From Oligoflexus sp. (GTDB lineage: Bacteria > Bdellovibrionota_B > Oligoflexia > Oligoflexales > Oligoflexaceae), in the NCBI GenBank assembly GCA_014377445.1, contig JACMPP010000023.1, forward strand, positions 1,539 through 65,538: a stretch of DNA of 64,000 nucleotides, written 5' to 3'. Under the pieces are notes generated by a model that searched no databases, was not told the origin of the DNA, and saw only the letters and a list, made by a program, of their open reading frames with translations. The stretch's first letter is position 1; each line of letters opens with the position of its first letter. Positions 27,544-37,820 of the stretch are shown here, in pieces. The position numbers and the translations under genes were made by a program.

Positions 27544-29502
27544 TTACAGTTCGAGATACTTTTTGATCGTGGCGACGACCTGATCGGGGGTGAAGCCGTA
27601 TTCCTTGGCAAGATCGTCGGCCGGTCCGCTGTCACCGAAATGGTCGAGTCCGATATTCAGCCCCTGCATTCCGGTGTACTTTTGCCAGCCTGTAGTCACT
27701 CCGGCCTCGATCGAAATGCGTTTTGTGCAGCTCGGGCTCAGGACAGAATCCTGATAGCTTTTGGGTTGCTCTTCAAAGAGTTCCCAGCATGGCATCGAGA
27801 CGATTTTGATTTTGTGTTTGCTCAGAAGCGCTGCTGCCGCAAGGGCCAGCGATACTTCCGAGCCGCTCGCCATGATGACCATTTCCGGGTTTTCACAGTC
27901 TTGAACGGTGTAGGCACCGAAGCGCGCCTGACTGATCGTCTTCACGTCGAGGTGAAGAAGAGGGAGCTTCTGACGGGTCAGACAAATCGCAGACGGGCTT
28001 TCGCTCAGGTTGATCGCCACATCCATCATCACCTGAGTTTCCTGCGCATCGGCCGGACGCATCACATAAAGATTGGGGATGAGACGAAGAGACATGACGT
28101 GCTCAACGGGTTGGTGAGTCGGTCCGTCTTCGCCCAAAAAGAAGGAGTCATGAGTGAATTCATGAATTACGCGACAACGTTGAAGGGCTCCCAGACGAAG
28201 GGCTGCGCGCGAGTAGTCCGAAAACGCGAGGAAGGTCGCATCGAAAGGAATCATTCCGCCGTGCAGAGCTAGACCGTTGGAAACCGCCGACATCGGAAAC
28301 TCACGCACACCGAAGGCGATGTTGCGGTTCTGAGGTGTTTCAGCCTGGAAATCGCCTACTTTTTCGATGAATTGTTCGGTCATGTTGGAAGAGTCAAGAT
28401 CCGCGCTGCCACCGATGAAATTCGGCACATGTTCGGCCCATTTTTCGATGATGTCACCGAAGGCGTTTCGCGTGGCGACGGGTTTGCCTGCTGGCCAGGC
28501 GATCTGCGGGAGATTAAGGTATTCATGGGTCTCGTAATAGCTCGCGTATTTCGTTTTGAAGCTTGCATCCTTCAACTTCAAATCGAAGGCTTTTTGCCAG
28601 GCCGCGACTTCATCTTTGCGCGCTCCGAAATTCCTACGGAATTGATCGTAGGATGCTTTGGGAGCGTAGAAATCTTCGGCTGGTAGACCAAGTTTTTCTT
28701 TGGTTTTCACACGTTCTTCCGCTGGCAGCGGCGAGCCGTGAGTGTCGTTCGAACCTTCGAGACTGAACGCGCCGTTCGCCATGGTCGTGTCGCCGATGAT
28801 GAGCAGAGGACGATCGCGTTTGGTTTGAGCATGATCGAGGGCTTTACGAAGCGCGGCGTGATCGTGACCATCGACGGCCAGGACTTCCCAACGCATGCCT
28901 TCAAAGACTTTTTTATAATCGTCAGAACTCACGCGATCGATCGTGCCCGCGATCTGAACTTTGTTCTGATCATAGTACCAAACAAGTTGGTCGAGACGAA
29001 GATGGCCCGCGATCGATGCGGCACCGAGAGTAATATCTTCCTGCATGCAGCCGTCGCCAACCAAAACATAGGTTTTGTGCGAGAAAAGCTTGTCGTCAAG
29101 AACCGCAGCCTGATGCTTGGCAGCGATCGCAAATCCAACCGACATCGCTGCGCCCTGACCCAAAGGGCCCGTGGTGCATTCGACGCCGGGTGTCATGAAG
29201 TTTTCGGGATGGCCCGGTGTCTTCGATTTGATCTGACGGAATTTCTTGAGATCGTCCATTTCAAGCCAGCCAATGTAATGCAGAAGGCTATAGGCGAGCA
29301 TGGATTCATGGCCGGCACTCAGGATGAAGCGATCCCGCCCAAGCCACTTCGTATTGCTGGGATCGAAGCGAAGATACTCGGTGAAGAGTAAATACGCGTA
29401 GTCCATGCTGGACATCGCTCCGCCTGGATGGCCTGATTTCGCTTTATTCACGGCGTCAATCACCAGGCCCTTGAGCGTGTTGATCGTCTGCAAGTCATTC
29501 AT
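27544..29502 (-). CDS. tkt: Transketolase
   Basis: SGHPG, RDRFILSAGH, TTGPLGQG, GDGCMQE, FGVREF, THDS...GEDGPTHQP. Confidence 0.96.
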   Translation of the reverse strand: MNDLQTINTLKGLVIDAVNKAKSGHPGGAMSSMDYAYLLFTEYLRFDPSNTKWLGRDRFILSAGHESMLAYSLLHYIGWLEMDDLKKFRQIKSKTPGHPENFMTPGVECTTGPLGQGAAMSVGFAIAAKHQAAVLDDKLFSHKTYVLVGDGCMQEDITLGAASIAGHLRLDQLVWYYDQNKVQIAGTIDRVSSDDYKKVFEGMRWEVLAVDGHDHAALRKALDHAQTKRDRPLLIIGDTTMANGAFSLEGSNDTHGSPLPAEERVKTKEKLGLPAEDFYAPKASYDQFRRNFGARKDEVAAWQKAFDLKLKDASFKTKYASYYETHEYLNLPQIAWPAGKPVATRNAFGDIIEKWAEHVPNFIGGSADLDSSNMTEQFIEKVGDFQAETPQNRNIAFGVREFPMSAVSNGLALHGGMIPFDATFLAFSDYSRAALRLGALQRCRVIHEFTHDSFFLGEDGPTHQPVEHVMSLRLIPNLYVMRPADAQETQVMMDVAINLSESPSAICLTRQKLPLLHLDVKTISQARFGAYTVQDCENPEMVIMASGSEVSLALAAAALLSKHKIKIVSMPCWELFEEQPKSYQDSVLSPSCTKRISIEAGVTTGWQKYTGMQGLNIGLDHFGDSGPADDLAKEYGFTPDQVVATIKKYLEL

Positions 29503-29537
29503 TAGCTGCCCTCGATAGAAGGTTTTGGATGCGCGGG

Positions 29538-29566
29538 AGTATACCGGGGGGACTGGCTGCGGTCAA
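29538..29566 (-). promoter_or_regulatory. Sigma-70 promoter of tkt
   Basis: Minus strand TTGACC-N17-TATACT. Confidence 0.65.
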
Positions 29567-29637
29567 ACGAAGAGGTGATGGGGAGGACAATGGAATCCGT
29601 GGATTCCATAAGATTTAGAGCTTAGGCGAACATCTGT

Positions 29638-30693
29638 TCATAACAATTGACTCGCGTTCGGAAGATCCTGTGCGCTTGGCTCGTCACCGAGTTGAAGCTG
29701 GAGCAGCATCACCCCTTTGCCTCCGCGATGGATCTTGATGTTCACGGTTTTGCCGGCTTTGTGCCGATCTAAAAAATCGTTCAGATCGGTTACCTGAAGA
29801 AGAGTTTTCTCATCCATCGCGAGTATGAAGTCGCCGATTTGTAGCCCTGCCTTTGCTGCAGGTCCATCGACAATGAGATTTTCGACCAGAACGCCACCTT
29901 TGATCTCGCTGCCTCGAATGTGATCGAGATCATCGACGCTCGCCAAATTTTTTGGCACAATACCGAGCCAGGCTTTTGATAACTTGCCGCTGTGGATCAG
30001 TTGCGCCGCAGCTTTGCTCAAGAGGGCTGCCGGGAGAACGACGCCAAGCTGCGAAGGGCCATCGGGATTAAAGGAAGCCATGCCCACGACGCGTCCGCGT
30101 GTGTCGACCACGGGTCCGCCGGCAACCCCGGGATGAGTGGGCGTATCGATCAACCAGTGGCGACCAAAATTCCCCTCGCCGCTTGCCATCGAACTCAGAT
30201 TGGCCTTGAGCACCATGAAACGCAGGCTTTTGCCGAAGACATAGAGCGGATCGCCGAGCCTTGAGCTTTTGCTGTTGCCGAGATCCACGCCCCCGAAGCC
30301 CTTGGCGTTCTTGATCTTGAGGACCGCCAGATCGAGGCTTGAATCCGCGCCTAAGAGCTGAGCATCAAAGACTTTGCCCGCTTCGGAAACGACCTGAAAA
30401 GAGCTGGCCCCATCGAGCTGCCGGTAGCTGGTCGCCACGTGAATTCCATCGGCCATAACAAAGCCTGTGGCCAGGGGATAGCTGCCTTTTCCAGGCGGTA
30501 AAGCCGTCTGGTAAAAATAAAAATAAGGATCGAAGATTTGCGCCCCCCGGAGTGGTCTCTCTGGGGAACGAATCGTCACGACATCTTTACGAATGCGCGG
30601 GATGATTTCGTCGAGTGAGGCCTGTGCAAAGCTGTATGCGGGAAGCAAGTGAAAAAGTAACAAAGCGCAAAAGATTATTCTCACTGTTCGCAT
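29638..30693 (-). CDS. HtrA/DegP-like S1C trypsin-PDZ protein, predicted catalytically inactive
   Basis: ATGFVM, DLAVLKI, GDPLYVFG and a PDZ domain (GPAAKAGLQIGD); catalytic motifs read TSYR and PGVAGGP. Confidence 0.85.
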   Translation of the reverse strand: MRTVRIIFCALLLFHLLPAYSFAQASLDEIIPRIRKDVVTIRSPERPLRGAQIFDPYFYFYQTALPPGKGSYPLATGFVMADGIHVATSYRQLDGASSFQVVSEAGKVFDAQLLGADSSLDLAVLKIKNAKGFGGVDLGNSKSSRLGDPLYVFGKSLRFMVLKANLSSMASGEGNFGRHWLIDTPTHPGVAGGPVVDTRGRVVGMASFNPDGPSQLGVVLPAALLSKAAAQLIHSGKLSKAWLGIVPKNLASVDDLDHIRGSEIKGGVLVENLIVDGPAAKAGLQIGDFILAMDEKTLLQVTDLNDFLDRHKAGKTVNIKIHRGGKGVMLLQLQLGDEPSAQDLPNASQLL

Positions 30694-30876
30694 CAGATCC
30701 CCCTTGTTGAAGCTCCAAGTATAACATAAGGAAGAACTGGCAGAAGAGGGGTGTTTTGTGGTAAATATGTCGATACCCTTTCTGCACTTTCTAAGAGTGA
30801 TATCGTGTGGACTTCAACGAGTCTTCGCGCGATAATTTGGGAAATGATTTGCCCCTATCCGTAACGAGGTGATCCC

Positions 30877-33800
30877 TTGAATTCCTGGAAACGTAAGCTC
30901 TTTCTCGCATCTGCTATTGGAGCTGGTGTCGGACTCTTAGCGGTTCTGGCCCTCGCGGCAGGTGTCGGCTACATGGTTTATTTCGGAGACGTCTCCGATC
31001 TTAAAAAGTCAACCATTTTAGCTCGCATCAATGAGGAAACCACGCTCTATACGCTCGACGAAGAGCATAAGATCGGGAGCTTCTTTAACGAAGAGCATCG
31101 CAGTTATATTACGATCGATCAGATTCCCGAAGACATGATTCGGGCGATGGTGGCGGCGGAGGATAAGAACTTCTTCCAACACTACGGCGTCGATCCCATG
31201 GCTATTTTCCAGGCGTTTTCAGAGGGCGTGATGAACGGAATGAAGTTCCGTCGCGGGGGCTCCTCGATCACCCAGCAGACTGTAAAAAACGTTATGGATC
31301 ACAGGGAACATTCCTTTCAACGGAAGTTTAAGGAATTGGTGAGAGCGTTTCAAATCGAGCGCATGTACTCCAAAAAACAGATTCTTGAATTCTATCTGAA
31401 CCAGTTTCACGTCACTGCGAACGGCAAAGGGATCGGTATCGCCGCCCGTTACTACTTCAACAAAGATGTGAAAGATTTAAGTCTGATTGAGAGCGCTTTC
31501 ATCGCGGGTTCGGTCAAAGGCCCGAGCAAATACAACCCCTTTGTCAAATACAACCGTAAGGACAAGGAAACGGCCTGGAACGAAGCCAATATCCGGAAAA
31601 ACTATGTCCTCCGCCGCATGTACGAGCAGGGTTGGATCAAAGAAGAGCAGTTTAAAAAGGGCTTTGAGGAACGGGTTCCTTTCAACCAGGGTAAATTCGG
31701 CACGAGCGAAGTCGCCCTCGTCTCTTTGATTCGCGCCCAGCTCGATAAGCGGGAAATCCTCGACGCCCTGGGCATGCAGACGATCGACGAGCTCAGCCAC
31801 GCGGGTTTGAAGGTCTTTACCACGATCGATAAACGCCTTCAGGAAGAAGCTCAGCTCGCGATGCGCCGCAACCTGTCGCGTCTCGAGATGATTCTCAGAG
31901 ACTTCAGCCCGGAGAGCCCCAGTTCCTATCACTACCTGCGAAGTCTGATTCCTAATCAATTCTATTATGGAAAAGTAACTCGTATCGAAAAGGGTAAGAA
32001 TCCCCAACTGTCGATCGACTTTGGTCTGCCGAAGGCCATTATCCCGACCGAAGCTCTGATACGTACGGCTAAAATCCTTTCGATTCCGACCTATAAGCCT
32101 TATGAATTCCACTTGAAGGATATTCTCGAGAAGCTGAAAGTGGGCGACATCGTTTTCACGGAAGTTGTCGAGTATAACGAAGAGACTCATGAAGCTGTCG
32201 TCGAACTCAAGAAGAAACCCACTGTCAACGGTGGTTTGATTTCTCTGGATGAGGGCGAAGTCAGATCGGTCGTTTCCGGTTTCGATTCGGAAGGCTTCAA
32301 TCGGGCGGTATTTGCGACTCGTCAGCCCGGTTCGGTCTTTAAATCCGTGGTGTTTTTTGGTGCGATGCAAATGGGCTGGACGATTCTCGACAAGCTCGCC
32401 AACGAACGCCGACTCTTTAATTTTCAGGGTAAATTCTACTTCCCGCGGGGTGACCATGCGAGTCCTTACGATGATGTATCCATGCTCTGGGCTGGTACGA
32501 AGTCCGAGAACTTGGCAACCGTTTTCCTCACCGCCAATCTCCTCGATAAATTGAACTACGACGAATTCAAAGAATTGATGGGCACTCTCGATCTACTCCC
32601 GCACGAAGGCGAGGCGCCGCGCGACTATCACTTCCGTGTGGCGAAGGCAACCGGCGTACAGCTCGATAACAGCGGTATCAAGGAATCCATGCTCGACAAA
32701 GCGGTGGACGACATCAAGCCGGATTTGATTTTTGCCGGCCGAATGGCTCTCTATAAAGACCTGAGCAAACTCTGGTGGGGCCGGGGCTATGTCTCTGAGC
32801 TTCAACACGTCTATCGGATGGCTGACGATGATTTTACCGACCGCGAGAGAAACCTTCGTATCGGCCTCGTCAAGAAAAACTGGGAACGCCAGACTACTCT
32901 TGCGAACGATCTCAAAGCCGACTGGGCCAGACTCACAGCAAAAGTATCGGAAGGCGGTGCGGATGCCGCTTATTCCGACCCGAGTACACTGGGTCTGCTC
33001 GGACGTTTTCGTGTCATGAATTCAGGAGGCCACAAGCCGGCTCTTGCTTATGTCAAAGAACTTGGGGGCGAAGAATTCCGTCGTGGACCAAAGGATGGTT
33101 CGGTCGTGATCGATGCCCCTCTCGGCCGTCCACTGAACTCTTTGGACGTGCAGGCGATCTGGGGTAACGGCGGCGTTGTGATGAACGAAGTCAACCTCGA
33201 TGGATTTCTCCCTCTGCGTTACTACGATCGCATCGCCCAAAACATCGAAGAGCAGTATGCCAATGTCATGTCTCAGAAGGATCAATACTCGAGCTTTCAA
33301 TACTACAATCACCACGATTTCAAGATTATCCTTGGTCTGACTTACCTTGTTAAACTCGCCCGGGCGATGGGCGTCACCTCGAAGCTTGAGCCCGTCCTTT
33401 CCTTCGGTCTCGGGACGAATGATGTGAGTGCGGCTGAAGTTTCCAAGATCTATCAGACCTTTGCGAACGGCAAAACCTATCGCTTCTATAAAGAAGGTCC
33501 TGATAACCAGATGAACTTCATTCGCCGCATCGAAGACCGCGATGGCAAAGTTCTCTACGAGCCGGAAAAGAAAGCCTTTCAACTCGTCGATAGCTGTTAT
33601 GCCGCTCAGATGGGCGAGATTTTGCGCAAAGTCGTAACGCACGGCACCGGTCGGCGTCTCCGCGGCGAACTCTATCTCGACTATGATCAGGCGCAGGCTG
33701 AAGGGTCTAAAGATCCAGTGAAGACGACTCGCATCGGCGTGCCCGCTTACGGTAAGACTGGAACAACCAACGATTATACGACCGCATATTTCGCGGGTTA

Positions 33801-34593
33801 TGTTCCCTATCCAGTGAAAAAGAATGAACCCCTCGATCCCATGCAGCATCAATACGTGATCGCGTCTTATGTTGGTTACGATATGAACAAATCGATGCGA
33901 CGTGGTGGGTTTAGAATATCGGGCGCGATGGGAGCTCTTCCGATCTGGACCGATTATGCCAAAGGTCTGGTGAAGGATTTGAACTTCAGGGACTTCTTGG
34001 ATCCGACCAGCCCGAATATGGCCGGATATCAAACCTGGCCGACGGTGAACGCTCCCTGCAGTACTCCCTTGGCCGTCGATCTTCCCGGTGGTTTGGTTCT
34101 TCAGGGTTCGGGCGACAGTGATGCTGTGGAATTCACCAATTTCGACAAAGAAGGGGAGACTTTCCACGACGAATTTGCACGCAGTGCCAGCGTTCGTGCC
34201 AACGTCAATGTCGCAACTGTGTTGAGCGGCGGAGCGCGGACACCGCGTCGGGCCTTCCAGCCGTTTATGAAATATGACAGCGATAAAAACGGACCGAAAC
34301 TGATTGAAGGCAAAGCCGGGGGTGAAGCGTCGTCTCAAGGTCCCGCACCGGTTCTTCCTGTCATGGAAAATGATCCGAATGCTCGCGGAGGCTTAGGTGA
34401 AATGGCTGTCCCGGCGGCCAGTCAGCGGGTGGGTGGAACTCCGGTGAATCCTCCTGGACCGACCCCGGTCGCAGCGGCTGGAGCTCTAGGGCCAGAAGCC
34501 CCGGTTTCCAAGGGTCCCGAGCCCGAGAAGAAGCTCGATCCGGCTCAGAAAACTGAGGAAGATGCCGGTCTTCAAAATGACGAACTCTGGTAA
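30877..34593 (+). CDS. Class A penicillin-binding protein (PBP1A-like) with large insertions
   Basis: TM anchor; GT51 motifs EDKNFFQHYG, GSSITQQTVKN, RKFKE; transpeptidase motifs SVFK, SEN, KTG; TTG start with GAGGT SD. Confidence 0.9.
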   Translation: MNSWKRKLFLASAIGAGVGLLAVLALAAGVGYMVYFGDVSDLKKSTILARINEETTLYTLDEEHKIGSFFNEEHRSYITIDQIPEDMIRAMVAAEDKNFFQHYGVDPMAIFQAFSEGVMNGMKFRRGGSSITQQTVKNVMDHREHSFQRKFKELVRAFQIERMYSKKQILEFYLNQFHVTANGKGIGIAARYYFNKDVKDLSLIESAFIAGSVKGPSKYNPFVKYNRKDKETAWNEANIRKNYVLRRMYEQGWIKEEQFKKGFEERVPFNQGKFGTSEVALVSLIRAQLDKREILDALGMQTIDELSHAGLKVFTTIDKRLQEEAQLAMRRNLSRLEMILRDFSPESPSSYHYLRSLIPNQFYYGKVTRIEKGKNPQLSIDFGLPKAIIPTEALIRTAKILSIPTYKPYEFHLKDILEKLKVGDIVFTEVVEYNEETHEAVVELKKKPTVNGGLISLDEGEVRSVVSGFDSEGFNRAVFATRQPGSVFKSVVFFGAMQMGWTILDKLANERRLFNFQGKFYFPRGDHASPYDDVSMLWAGTKSENLATVFLTANLLDKLNYDEFKELMGTLDLLPHEGEAPRDYHFRVAKATGVQLDNSGIKESMLDKAVDDIKPDLIFAGRMALYKDLSKLWWGRGYVSELQHVYRMADDDFTDRERNLRIGLVKKNWERQTTLANDLKADWARLTAKVSEGGADAAYSDPSTLGLLGRFRVMNSGGHKPALAYVKELGGEEFRRGPKDGSVVIDAPLGRPLNSLDVQAIWGNGGVVMNEVNLDGFLPLRYYDRIAQNIEEQYANVMSQKDQYSSFQYYNHHDFKIILGLTYLVKLARAMGVTSKLEPVLSFGLGTNDVSAAEVSKIYQTFANGKTYRFYKEGPDNQMNFIRRIEDRDGKVLYEPEKKAFQLVDSCYAAQMGEILRKVVTHGTGRRLRGELYLDYDQAQAEGSKDPVKTTRIGVPAYGKTGTTNDYTTAYFAGYVPYPVKKNEPLDPMQHQYVIASYVGYDMNKSMRRGGFRISGAMGALPIWTDYAKGLVKDLNFRDFLDPTSPNMAGYQTWPTVNAPCSTPLAVDLPGGLVLQGSGDSDAVEFTNFDKEGETFHDEFARSASVRANVNVATVLSGGARTPRRAFQPFMKYDSDKNGPKLIEGKAGGEASSQGPAPVLPVMENDPNARGGLGEMAVPAASQRVGGTPVNPPGPTPVAAAGALGPEAPVSKGPEPEKKLDPAQKTEEDAGLQNDELW

Positions 34594-34694
34594 GTTTGGG
34601 ACAGTCATGTAAGCTCGTATCTTTCTGAATAAAACGCGAGTAAAAGAGTCCTCTCGCGTGTGCCACGCCCGGGAGTCTTGAAGAAAGGTTAGTC

Positions 34695-35996
34695 ATGAAA
34701 AAGTTGTCATTCGAACGTTCTGAAAGCCTTTATGCGAAAGCAGTGAAACTGATGCCGGGCGGAGTGAACTCCCCGGTGCGGGCTTTCAAACAAGTCGATG
34801 CAAATCCTATTTTTATCGAGCGCGCAGAAGGCGCTTACATGTGGGATGCGGACGGCAATAAATTCATCGATTACATCGGCAGCTGGGGACCTGCGATACT
34901 CGGTCACGCGCATCCCGAAGTCGTCGAAGCTGTGACGGCCTCCCTTAAAAACGGCTTTTCCTTCGGTGCTCCTTCGGCACTCGAAATCCGTATCGCCGAA
35001 CTCGTGCAAAAAATTCTTCCCAGTATGGAAATGATTCGTCTCGTGTCGAGCGGAACCGAAGCCTGCATGGCAGCACTCCGTTTGGCTCGTGGATTTACGG
35101 GGCGCGATAAGATTCTGAAGTTCACCGGTTGTTACCACGGACACGCGGATATGCTGCTCGTCAAAGCAGGGTCCGGCGTCGCGACTCTGGGCATTCCCGG
35201 TAGTCCTGGGGTTCCTGCAGCAGTGGTGAAGGATACTCTGACCCTGGCGTTTAACGATATTCAAGGCCTCAAGGATCTCTTTGCCAAAGAAGGCTCGGAA
35301 ATCGCGGCGGTGATCGTCGAACCCATCGTCGGTAACAGCAATTTCATCCGGCCCAAAGACGGTTACCTTGAGCTGATGCGCGAACTCTGCACGCAATCGG
35401 GCGCCATACTCATTTTCGATGAGGTGATGACTGGTTTTCGAGTCGGTCTCACTGGTGTTCAGGGTCTCAAAAACATCAAACCTGACCTCAGCACTTTGGG
35501 TAAAGTCATCGGTGGCGGAATGCCAATCGGTGCCTACGGCGGTCGTGCCGATATTATGGCGAAAGTGGCTCCGAGCGGTCCTGTCTATCAAGCCGGCACC
35601 TTATCGGGCAATCCGGTGGCCGTCACCTGTGGCATCAAGACCCTCGAGCTTCTGAGTACAAAATATGACTTTACAGACCTGGCAAAGCGTACTAGACGTC
35701 TTTCTCTCGGTCTTAAGGAACGCGCTGAAAAACACGGTATACCCTTGAGCGTCGACTACGAAGGTGGAATGTTCGGCTTCATGTTCTCGGTCAAACTTCC
35801 TGAATCTTTCGAAGAAGCCGCTCAGTGCAACATCACGCAGTTCAAGCAATTCTTCCGCGGTATGTTGAGTTACGGAGTTTATCTCGCGCCTTCGGCCTAC
35901 GAAGCGGGTTTTATATCCTTCGCCCATAGCGATAAAGATGTGGAAGACACCTTGAACATAGCTGATTATGTGTTCGCTAATTTGAGTCAATTTTAA
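34695..35996 (+). CDS. hemL: Glutamate-1-semialdehyde 2,1-aminomutase
   Basis: MPGGVNSPVRAF, SGTEACM, FDEVMTGFR, LGKVIGGGMP, YQAGTLSGNP. Confidence 0.97.
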   Translation: MKKLSFERSESLYAKAVKLMPGGVNSPVRAFKQVDANPIFIERAEGAYMWDADGNKFIDYIGSWGPAILGHAHPEVVEAVTASLKNGFSFGAPSALEIRIAELVQKILPSMEMIRLVSSGTEACMAALRLARGFTGRDKILKFTGCYHGHADMLLVKAGSGVATLGIPGSPGVPAAVVKDTLTLAFNDIQGLKDLFAKEGSEIAAVIVEPIVGNSNFIRPKDGYLELMRELCTQSGAILIFDEVMTGFRVGLTGVQGLKNIKPDLSTLGKVIGGGMPIGAYGGRADIMAKVAPSGPVYQAGTLSGNPVAVTCGIKTLELLSTKYDFTDLAKRTRRLSLGLKERAEKHGIPLSVDYEGGMFGFMFSVKLPESFEEAAQCNITQFKQFFRGMLSYGVYLAPSAYEAGFISFAHSDKDVEDTLNIADYVFANLSQF

Positions 35997-35997
35997 A

Positions 35998-36996
35998 ATG
36001 CAAAAAGCCAACGGCTCAGAATCAGTATCCATCGGCTGTCAAAATAGCTGGAGTTCCCATCCTCTGATGATGGAACTCGCCAAGTATGCGCCTCGGTTTG
36101 TCGTTACGAAAGACGACTGCGCTGGTCTCTACCGAAAATTGGAGCAAGGCGACGTTCAATACGCATTCTGTTCATCGATAAGCCTGGTACGGAACGCCGA
36201 TTTTGAAATGGCTTTGCCCGTCGGTGTTTCGGTCGAGGGAACTTCAGGCCTCGCGATCTGGGGGCTCGGCAGCGCTCAGGCGCAGTTGAAAGAAACGATC
36301 GACCAGCGCGTGAAAATCCTCCGCGAAGTCTTCCGTAGCGCTCAAGTCTCGAAAGCAACAGACCTCAAACAGGCCTTGCAAAACGCGACCGAACTTCTCG
36401 CCCGACTTCCCGTACCCAAGCTCGACTCCATTCCCCAACTCAGACTCTCGACGGGAGCCTCCTCCTGGGGGACGCTCTCACGCATTCTCTATAAGCTCGT
36501 GTTCGGTTGCGATGCTTATGAGTCTCTCGTTCGCAATCCGATCGATAACAGCAATCCCTGCATCGACTTCCGCGTGGAAAACGAAGCTCTTCAAAAACGC
36601 TGCAGTTATAGTCATTTGATCGACCTAAGTGAGCTTTGGTACCGTATCACCGAACTCCCTTTTGTCAGCAGTGTTCTCCAGAAGAAACGCAAGACCTGCG
36701 CCTGTCGCAGCCAGTTGAGCGAAGTCAGCGAGCTCGCGGAAATGCGTATGCAGGTCGAACCCTGCAACTACCTGCCTGACATGTTGCCACGCAACTGTCT
36801 GCAGCAGCAGATCGATCTCGGGGGAGTCTGGAAACATCTTTCCTATCGGCTGAGCCTAGCTGATATCCGCAGTCTTCAGATCTTTCTTTACCTGGCCAAA
36901 CCTCTTGAGAAGAAGTGTCTCGCCGACTCGGCATTTACTCTTTCCATGATGCGTTGGCAGCAGAAAGAAACGGCCCTGGCCTCGCAGCAGGCTTAA
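35998..36996 (+). CDS. Divergent MqnA-like (futalosine pathway fold) protein
   Basis: N-terminal IG...HPL...LEQGDVQYAFCSSI and C-terminal DLSELWYRITELPFV resemble MqnA; starts 1 nt after the hemL stop. Confidence 0.55.
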   Translation: MQKANGSESVSIGCQNSWSSHPLMMELAKYAPRFVVTKDDCAGLYRKLEQGDVQYAFCSSISLVRNADFEMALPVGVSVEGTSGLAIWGLGSAQAQLKETIDQRVKILREVFRSAQVSKATDLKQALQNATELLARLPVPKLDSIPQLRLSTGASSWGTLSRILYKLVFGCDAYESLVRNPIDNSNPCIDFRVENEALQKRCSYSHLIDLSELWYRITELPFVSSVLQKKRKTCACRSQLSEVSELAEMRMQVEPCNYLPDMLPRNCLQQQIDLGGVWKHLSYRLSLADIRSLQIFLYLAKPLEKKCLADSAFTLSMMRWQQKETALASQQA

Positions 36997-37049
36997 TCCT
37001 CAGTTTATGTCCTTCGCATTCCATCCGTTCACGCGCTATATAAAGGCGT

Positions 37050-37820
37050 ATGAACGGATGTTTGTTTTTCATCACCATGATTTATTTACTTCGCTGGCAG
37101 TTAGGCGAAAGCGCGAAACCGTTGCTTGAGGCCGGGTTTTGGATCAAGGTCCAAAAGTGTCTTAAGACCAGGGATTACCGACTCAATAGCTTGCTCGTGA
37201 AGACCCCGATGGAAGAAAGGCTAAGGATTCGTCTCTGCGAAGAAATCAGACGCGGGACTTTGAAGCTTGGAGATCTGGAGAGCATCAGTGGATTCTATGC
37301 GTCTTCCCAAATGCAGCAAAGCGATTTGCAGGGCCTGCTCAACAGCTATATCACCCATTTGGCTTTTGTCCTGCTGGTTCCTCTTGCCATCCGTCTTCTG
37401 CTCAGTGGGCAATTTTACTTTTATCGGGAGGATTTAGCGGCACTTATCCTCGCCTTCGCGGGATTTTTGTTCATCGCCACAGTATTGAAAAAGGCCTGGC
37501 CCCGATCGGCCTTTGCCAAGCCTGAAGCGCTTTGGGATTTTGTCCAGGCTTACCTCGGGGATAGGGACTGTGGCTCTTGGAAGCCGGAATTTGAAGAGCT
37601 TAGCCGCCAGTCCTGGATCACTGGGATCGATAGTGCAGGAGAGCGCAAGGAGCGTCTGTCCGTCTGGGGGGAAGGCGAGGCTTCCAAGTTCGATCAAAGG
37701 CGGAGCTTTCTGGAGAATTGTCTGGGACCAGCCGAATTGGTCATGACATGTTTTTTCGGAACGGTGCTTCTCGCCCTGCCATTGCTGAGTCATTTTAGGA
37801 CTTTAGTGCCTTTGACCTGA
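37050..37820 (+). CDS. Hypothetical membrane protein
   Basis: Three to four hydrophobic segments; no motif recognised. Confidence 0.6.
   Translation: MNGCLFFITMIYLLRWQLGESAKPLLEAGFWIKVQKCLKTRDYRLNSLLVKTPMEERLRIRLCEEIRRGTLKLGDLESISGFYASSQMQQSDLQGLLNSYITHLAFVLLVPLAIRLLLSGQFYFYREDLAALILAFAGFLFIATVLKKAWPRSAFAKPEALWDFVQAYLGDRDCGSWKPEFEELSRQSWITGIDSAGERKERLSVWGEGEASKFDQRRSFLENCLGPAELVMTCFFGTVLLALPLLSHFRTLVPLT

Noticed and set aside
32550-33330. Intein in PBP1A
   Set aside because: No recognisable N-terminal Cys/Ser block, C-terminal His-Asn or LAGLIDADG motif.
25072-35591. Long antisense ORFs (200-440 aa) over fadN, tkt, PBP1A and hemL
   Set aside because: Shadow frames produced by codon bias in well-supported genes; the same applies over speA and the carboxylase operon.
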